Of a stretch of 30,724 bases of DNA, positions 27,135 through 30,724 are shown piece by piece. Every line of letters begins with the position of its first letter. Within the stretch, counting starts at the first letter, position 1. The position numbers were made by a program, and so were the translations under genes. Location: positions 1 through 30,724 of the IMG/VR virus record IMGVR_UViG_3300022930_000219; one strand, 5' to 3'. The notes beneath the pieces were generated by a model, which did no database searches, was not told the origin of the DNA, and saw only the letters and a program-made list of their open reading frames with translations. This DNA is from a virus. Taxonomy: Duplodnaviria > Caudoviricetes.

Positions 27135-27605
27135 TTATTGATTGCCAGGGGGTTTATTGATAACATATCTTGAAAGTATTTTTTTGTTTATGTCTACCTT
27201 ATCTAGCCAATCTTGACTGGTTTTCTTTTCATTTTGATCAGTAAATTTTACATACAATGTATATTCATCCTTAGATATAAAGTTGGAATCAAGTAACATC
27301 CAGAGAAAATACAAGCTAACATTTGACTTTATATTTTTATTTAGTTTATTCAAGTTTGTAAAATACATAGCACCTTCGTTAATGTTTAGAAACTTCTTAA
27401 CGCAACAGTTTCCAACCTCCGTTATGTTATCGTTGTTGATGTTCATAATTACACATACATTCTTTATCCCTTTTTTACCGCATAGACATTCACTGTCTTC
27501 CCGTTGGAATGCATCTATAAATTTCCATTCAGTTTTAGCTTCATTCCAATCTTTAGATTGTGATAAGGATAGTATGTTTGTTGTTAGGTTATATTCGTTG
27601 TTCAT
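27135..27605 (-). CDS. Hypothetical Cys-motif (probable Zn-binding) protein
   Basis: WNEAKTEW, CLCGKKGIK and VGNCCVKKF motifs. Confidence 0.6.
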   Translation of the reverse strand: MNNEYNLTTNILSLSQSKDWNEAKTEWKFIDAFQREDSECLCGKKGIKNVCVIMNINNDNITEVGNCCVKKFLNINEGAMYFTNLNKLNKNIKSNVSLYFLWMLLDSNFISKDEYTLYVKFTDQNEKKTSQDWLDKVDINKKILSRYVINKPPGNQ

Positions 27606-27705
27606 CTTTATAAATAGTTAGTAAATATAAAAGGGAGATAAAAATATATATCTACCTCCCCTGCATCATCACCCTCACTTCCACCTTTCTATTTATAAAG
27701 ATAAA

Positions 27706-29127
27706 TCAAGATCCAAAAATTTCAAGTAGTAATGAATCCATTTCTAATTCATCTATTTCAATTTCATAAACATTATCATCTGATAGCGATTTCTCAAACA
27801 AATTTAACGGGGTCATATCTACCATCAGTGGCACTATATTATTTTCTTTTATATCTTTATCTATTTTCATTTTGTGTTGCTTATATAGCCTTAATTCTTC
27901 GCTATGTTCTTTATTTAATACATTAACATATTCCTTCAATTCACTCCAATATTTTTCTACCGTTGATTTGGAAAATTGAACGTGATAAGTAACACTTCTA
28001 ATAGTAATCTTCCCGTTGAAATTAAAATTCCAATCTTCTATAATTTCATACATCTCTTGCAATCGTACATCTTTATAATGTTTTGATTTTAATTCACCTT
28101 GGATAATATTCTTTTCATCTTTTGTTAATAAAGATTTAGGATTAAATAGTATTCTTCGTTTCTTTATTTTAGGTGTTAACATGGCTTCGCCATGTTGTTT
28201 CATTATGTTAGAAATTTGTGATTCTATTATTGAATTACTGAGAGGTTCTATACCAATACTAATATTTATAAACTTTGCACTATTAGTGATTTGTAGTTTA
28301 CTTGCAGTAGGATTTAGATATACGTAGTTCCTTATATAGTTCAACATATATCTTTTTCTTCCATCAGTTAATGGAGTAAATGGTTTACTACAATAAATAT
28401 AATCTAAACCATTTTTATAATCTACTATATAATCATTTCCATTAAAATCAAAATCATTAATATTATTAAACTTAGTATTTAGTTTTGTCCTACCTCCTAC
28501 ATTATGTTCTTCTTTTTTTACTATTAATGTAGGAGGTAGGACAAAATTGAAATTATCTTTTATTGAAGAAGATACTGATGAATAAATAAAAGATTCATTA
28601 TTAATATATAATTCTGAATCAGAACTAAGAATAGAATATTGAGTTATTTTAATTGCATTAGTATCTATATATTTTTCAATATGCAAATCATTACAAATAG
28701 AAATATATGTTGATTTAAAATTATTTTTATTGATGTCTTTTACTTTAACTAATATAGAATATCCTAATCCTCCAACTGATTTGTAATATGAATAAACTTT
28801 GGAAAGATCTAAAGTTTCAATATGGAATGATGTATCATCAATATCAATATATAGTAGTCCAGATGATTTTATAAATGTATCATTAGATTTTACATTGGTA
28901 AAAGTACCATTCCAAGTAATTGCAGGTAAAGTAGACTTAAGTTTATCATATTCATTTTTGAATACGATATTATTTGTGGTAACATAAAGTCGTTTAATGT
29001 TACGTAGTATATTAATAGTTTCTTTGTGCTGAGAATCTTTGATCTGATCCAACCAGAATTGATTGGTAACTGTACCTGTTACGGTAGGAGTAAAAATGTT
29101 GGGGTAATGGTTTAAGTAAGTAATCAT
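27706..29127 (-). CDS. Replication protein: VirE-N/BT4734-like prim-pol domain plus C-terminal HTH
   Basis: KSTLPAITWNGTF, SGLLYIDID and SVGGLG motifs; C-terminal FSKSTVEKYW. Confidence 0.75.
   Translation of the reverse strand: MITYLNHYPNIFTPTVTGTVTNQFWLDQIKDSQHKETINILRNIKRLYVTTNNIVFKNEYDKLKSTLPAITWNGTFTNVKSNDTFIKSSGLLYIDIDDTSFHIETLDLSKVYSYYKSVGGLGYSILVKVKDINKNNFKSTYISICNDLHIEKYIDTNAIKITQYSILSSDSELYINNESFIYSSVSSSIKDNFNFVLPPTLIVKKEEHNVGGRTKLNTKFNNINDFDFNGNDYIVDYKNGLDYIYCSKPFTPLTDGRKRYMLNYIRNYVYLNPTASKLQITNSAKFINISIGIEPLSNSIIESQISNIMKQHGEAMLTPKIKKRRILFNPKSLLTKDEKNIIQGELKSKHYKDVRLQEMYEIIEDWNFNFNGKITIRSVTYHVQFSKSTVEKYWSELKEYVNVLNKEHSEELRLYKQHKMKIDKDIKENNIVPLMVDMTPLNLFEKSLSDDNVYEIEIDELEMDSLLLEIFGS
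28178..28196. repeat. CATG hairpin 11 (two-CATG type), intragenic: AACATGGC-TTC-GCCATGTT
   Basis: 8-bp stem; the minus strand reads GC-GAA-GC in the loop. Confidence 0.9.
28483..28546. repeat. 22-bp perfect inverted repeat with 20-bp spacer; candidate replication origin
   Basis: TTTTGTCCTACCTCCTACATTA (28483-28504) / TAATGTAGGAGGTAGGACAAAA (28525-28546) in the interdomain region of the replication gene. Confidence 0.8.
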
Positions 29128-29398
29128 TTAAATATTTATAGTTTTCTCTTAATCGTTTCAATGTAGATTATAAGAGAAAGGCAGGGAGCAACCCCCGCCT
29201 CTTAAACTAAAATAATGACTAGCACTAAACGTATATATCAATAAATACTTCGTTTTATTTTAAAAGTCACTTCCAACCTGAAAAAACTTAATTATTTACT
29301 GATATATCCTAAAATAACCTGGAATTGAAAATTTTCAAGTGTATTTGGATAATAAAACAATACGGTATTGGTGCTTTTTATGCATTATTAAGAGTTAA

Positions 29399-29418
29399 AC
29401 ATGTGCGAAGCACATAGT
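29399..29418. repeat. CATG hairpin 12 (bulged): AC-ATGTGC-GAA-GCACAT-(A)-GT
   Basis: GC-GAA-GC loop; same CATG/CTATG bulge as hairpin 8. Confidence 0.85.
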
Positions 29419-29470
29419 ACTGTATCGGCTTAGATAATTTAACTATCTTAGTTACAAATCAAAAAACGCT

Positions 29471-29773
29471 ATGACTATTCCAAATACCAGAAATTATAAT
29501 CCTGATTCTTTATTTGATCACCTTGAAAGAGGATTCAATGGTTATTTTCGAGATACAACAGAGAGTACAATTGCTTTACACTTTGTCAACTATGATGGAA
29601 TACTCTTCCTTTATTCAACTGTGATAAGCGAAAACGAATTGGTGACCATAGTAATAAGGGACACAGAAATTGTACTAACTAAAAGTTCTAAAATTGATAA
29701 GATGTACAACCTCCAATTGATCTTGGAATCACTGGCAGAATATATTACCAACCCACCAGTAGAGCAAATTTAA
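29471..29773 (+). CDS. Hypothetical protein
   Basis: 100-aa ORF; 1-bp overlap with the next ORF. Confidence 0.55.
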   Translation: MTIPNTRNYNPDSLFDHLERGFNGYFRDTTESTIALHFVNYDGILFLYSTVISENELVTIVIRDTEIVLTKSSKIDKMYNLQLILESLAEYITNPPVEQI

Positions 29774-30045
29774 TGGCTGAATTTAAAACCTTTATAACCT
29801 CTACCATAAGAATGAAGAGTGATTTTTACAATAGTTTAAATTATATGTGCAGAATCTTGGAAGATGATAATATAAATGTCAATTTCAATATTAATGATGG
29901 TTCAATAATCTTATCCAATGATGGTGTAATAATATTGACCGTTAAATATGAAAACTTTCTTGTTTACCGTACAATGTATGAACCCTATGATTACCCACTA
30001 CTATATGATAAAGTGAAGGAATTCGTTTTTAACTTAAAGCATTAG
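29773..30045 (+). CDS. Hypothetical protein
   Basis: 90-aa ORF followed by a terminator-like hairpin. Confidence 0.55.
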   Translation: MAEFKTFITSTIRMKSDFYNSLNYMCRILEDDNINVNFNINDGSIILSNDGVIILTVKYENFLVYRTMYEPYDYPLLYDKVKEFVFNLKH

Positions 30046-30095
30046 TACTTGATATTATTCCAACCTGCATTATCTTAGTAAAGCACTTATATAAC

Positions 30096-30131
30096 AAGGG
30101 TAACCACTGGCAAGGCTATGTTACCCTTTTT
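30096..30131 (+). terminator. Terminator-like hairpin enclosing a decayed CATG-hairpin core
   Basis: AAGGGTAAC-CACTGGCAAGGCTAT-GTTACCCTT followed by TTT. Confidence 0.6.
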
Positions 30132-30565
30132 CGATTGTTCTAAGCCACGATCACCAGATTCCGACACAACTACTCCCCTCATCATAGATCGTCGATCCTA
30201 CGCCCCCTATTTAAACATTCTTATATGTACCAAATAAAATACATACGTCCAATTTTATATACACACAAATTGGACATATTTGAAGATTCCAGATTTTCAA
30301 GATTTAACTTTAGAATTTATTTCAAATTATTTTTCCAAGTCAAATATAGCTTTATCGGTATTTAAAGCTGGATTTCTTTATTTTTAGATCTAAAAACAAT
30401 CTACTGTTTGTTTTTCATCATCAGGCTTGGTATTTGATGACTGTATGCCAAACGGCAATTATGCTGATTGAAAAATGAAATTGATATATGAAAAATGAAA
30501 TTGAGAATTACGGTTACAGTGTAGATGTGATTATCACAAGTTATGGTGTAATACTTCGTTAGTAT

Positions 30566-30724
30566 ATGAAAAGAGATATTACACGGGATCATTTGATCCA
30601 AGCAATTACACCGTTAAATATTATTGATATAACACTGGTAGATAACTATTCCAATTCAGAATTACAGGATCTGATCAAACAGCATTTAAACCTTCAGGTT
30701 GCAGAATTTGCTACCAATGGTAAA
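30566..30724 (+). CDS. Possible ORF truncated by the window end
   Basis: Own translation MKRDITRDHLIQAITPLNIID... open for 53 codons to the edge. Confidence 0.35.
   Translation, partial: MKRDITRDHLIQAITPLNIIDITLVDNYSNSELQDLIKQHLNLQVAEFATNGK

Noticed and set aside
975-28987. Short antisense or out-of-frame ORFs from the track (e.g. 975-1172, 5184-5432, 6673-6897, 8048-8341, 8918-9310, 9992-10261, 10697-11002, 12330-12860, 15191-15409, 15609-15893, 16479-17249, 18177-18362, 19595-20591 plus strand, 23244-23441, 24679-24909, 25768-26094, 27283-28987 plus strand)
   Set aside because: They shadow longer, well-supported genes and show no protein motifs.
972-29418. CATG hairpins as ordinary Rho-independent terminators
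   Set aside because: Only 11277 and perhaps 6428 have U-tracts; two copies are intragenic; 8761 sits beside a separate terminator; terminator function would not explain the exclusive CATG core.
30401-30601. 66-aa minus-strand ORF
   Set aside because: No motifs, and it overlaps a direct repeat and a competing plus-strand ORF.
1-30724. CRISPR array, rRNA, IS element, integrase, or DGR/reverse transcriptase
   Set aside because: No regularly spaced repeat-spacer array and no recognisable transposase, recombinase or RT motifs; prophage status cannot be confirmed from this window.

Overview
AT-rich window holding most of a tailed (siphovirus-like) Bacteroidota phage or prophage; no integrase or att site is visible, so the ends are unknown. 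The minus strand carries a VirE-N/prim-pol replication gene, small genes, a PD-(D/E)XK nuclease, a sigma-like factor, TerS/TerL, tail chaperones with a lambda-type -1 frameshift, tail/SGNH spike genes, tape measure, XkdF-like protease, scaffold, capsid, tail tube, portal, neck genes and a GH19 endolysin-holin-spanin-like cassette. Plus-strand accessory genes (two HEPN-motif proteins, membrane proteins) are interspersed. The most unusual signal is non-coding. By manual scan the tetramer CATG occurs only 17 times, and every occurrence lies inside one of 12 palindromes/hairpins spaced 1.2-4.1 kb apart. Ten are intergenic, several at boundaries of gene modules that carry their own copy of a phage-specific promoter-like motif (CTAATATHTATY, 10 copies). 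This may be an undescribed CATG-hairpin system acting on DNA (recombination, nicking or protection). All product calls come from motif recognition and synteny, not database searches.
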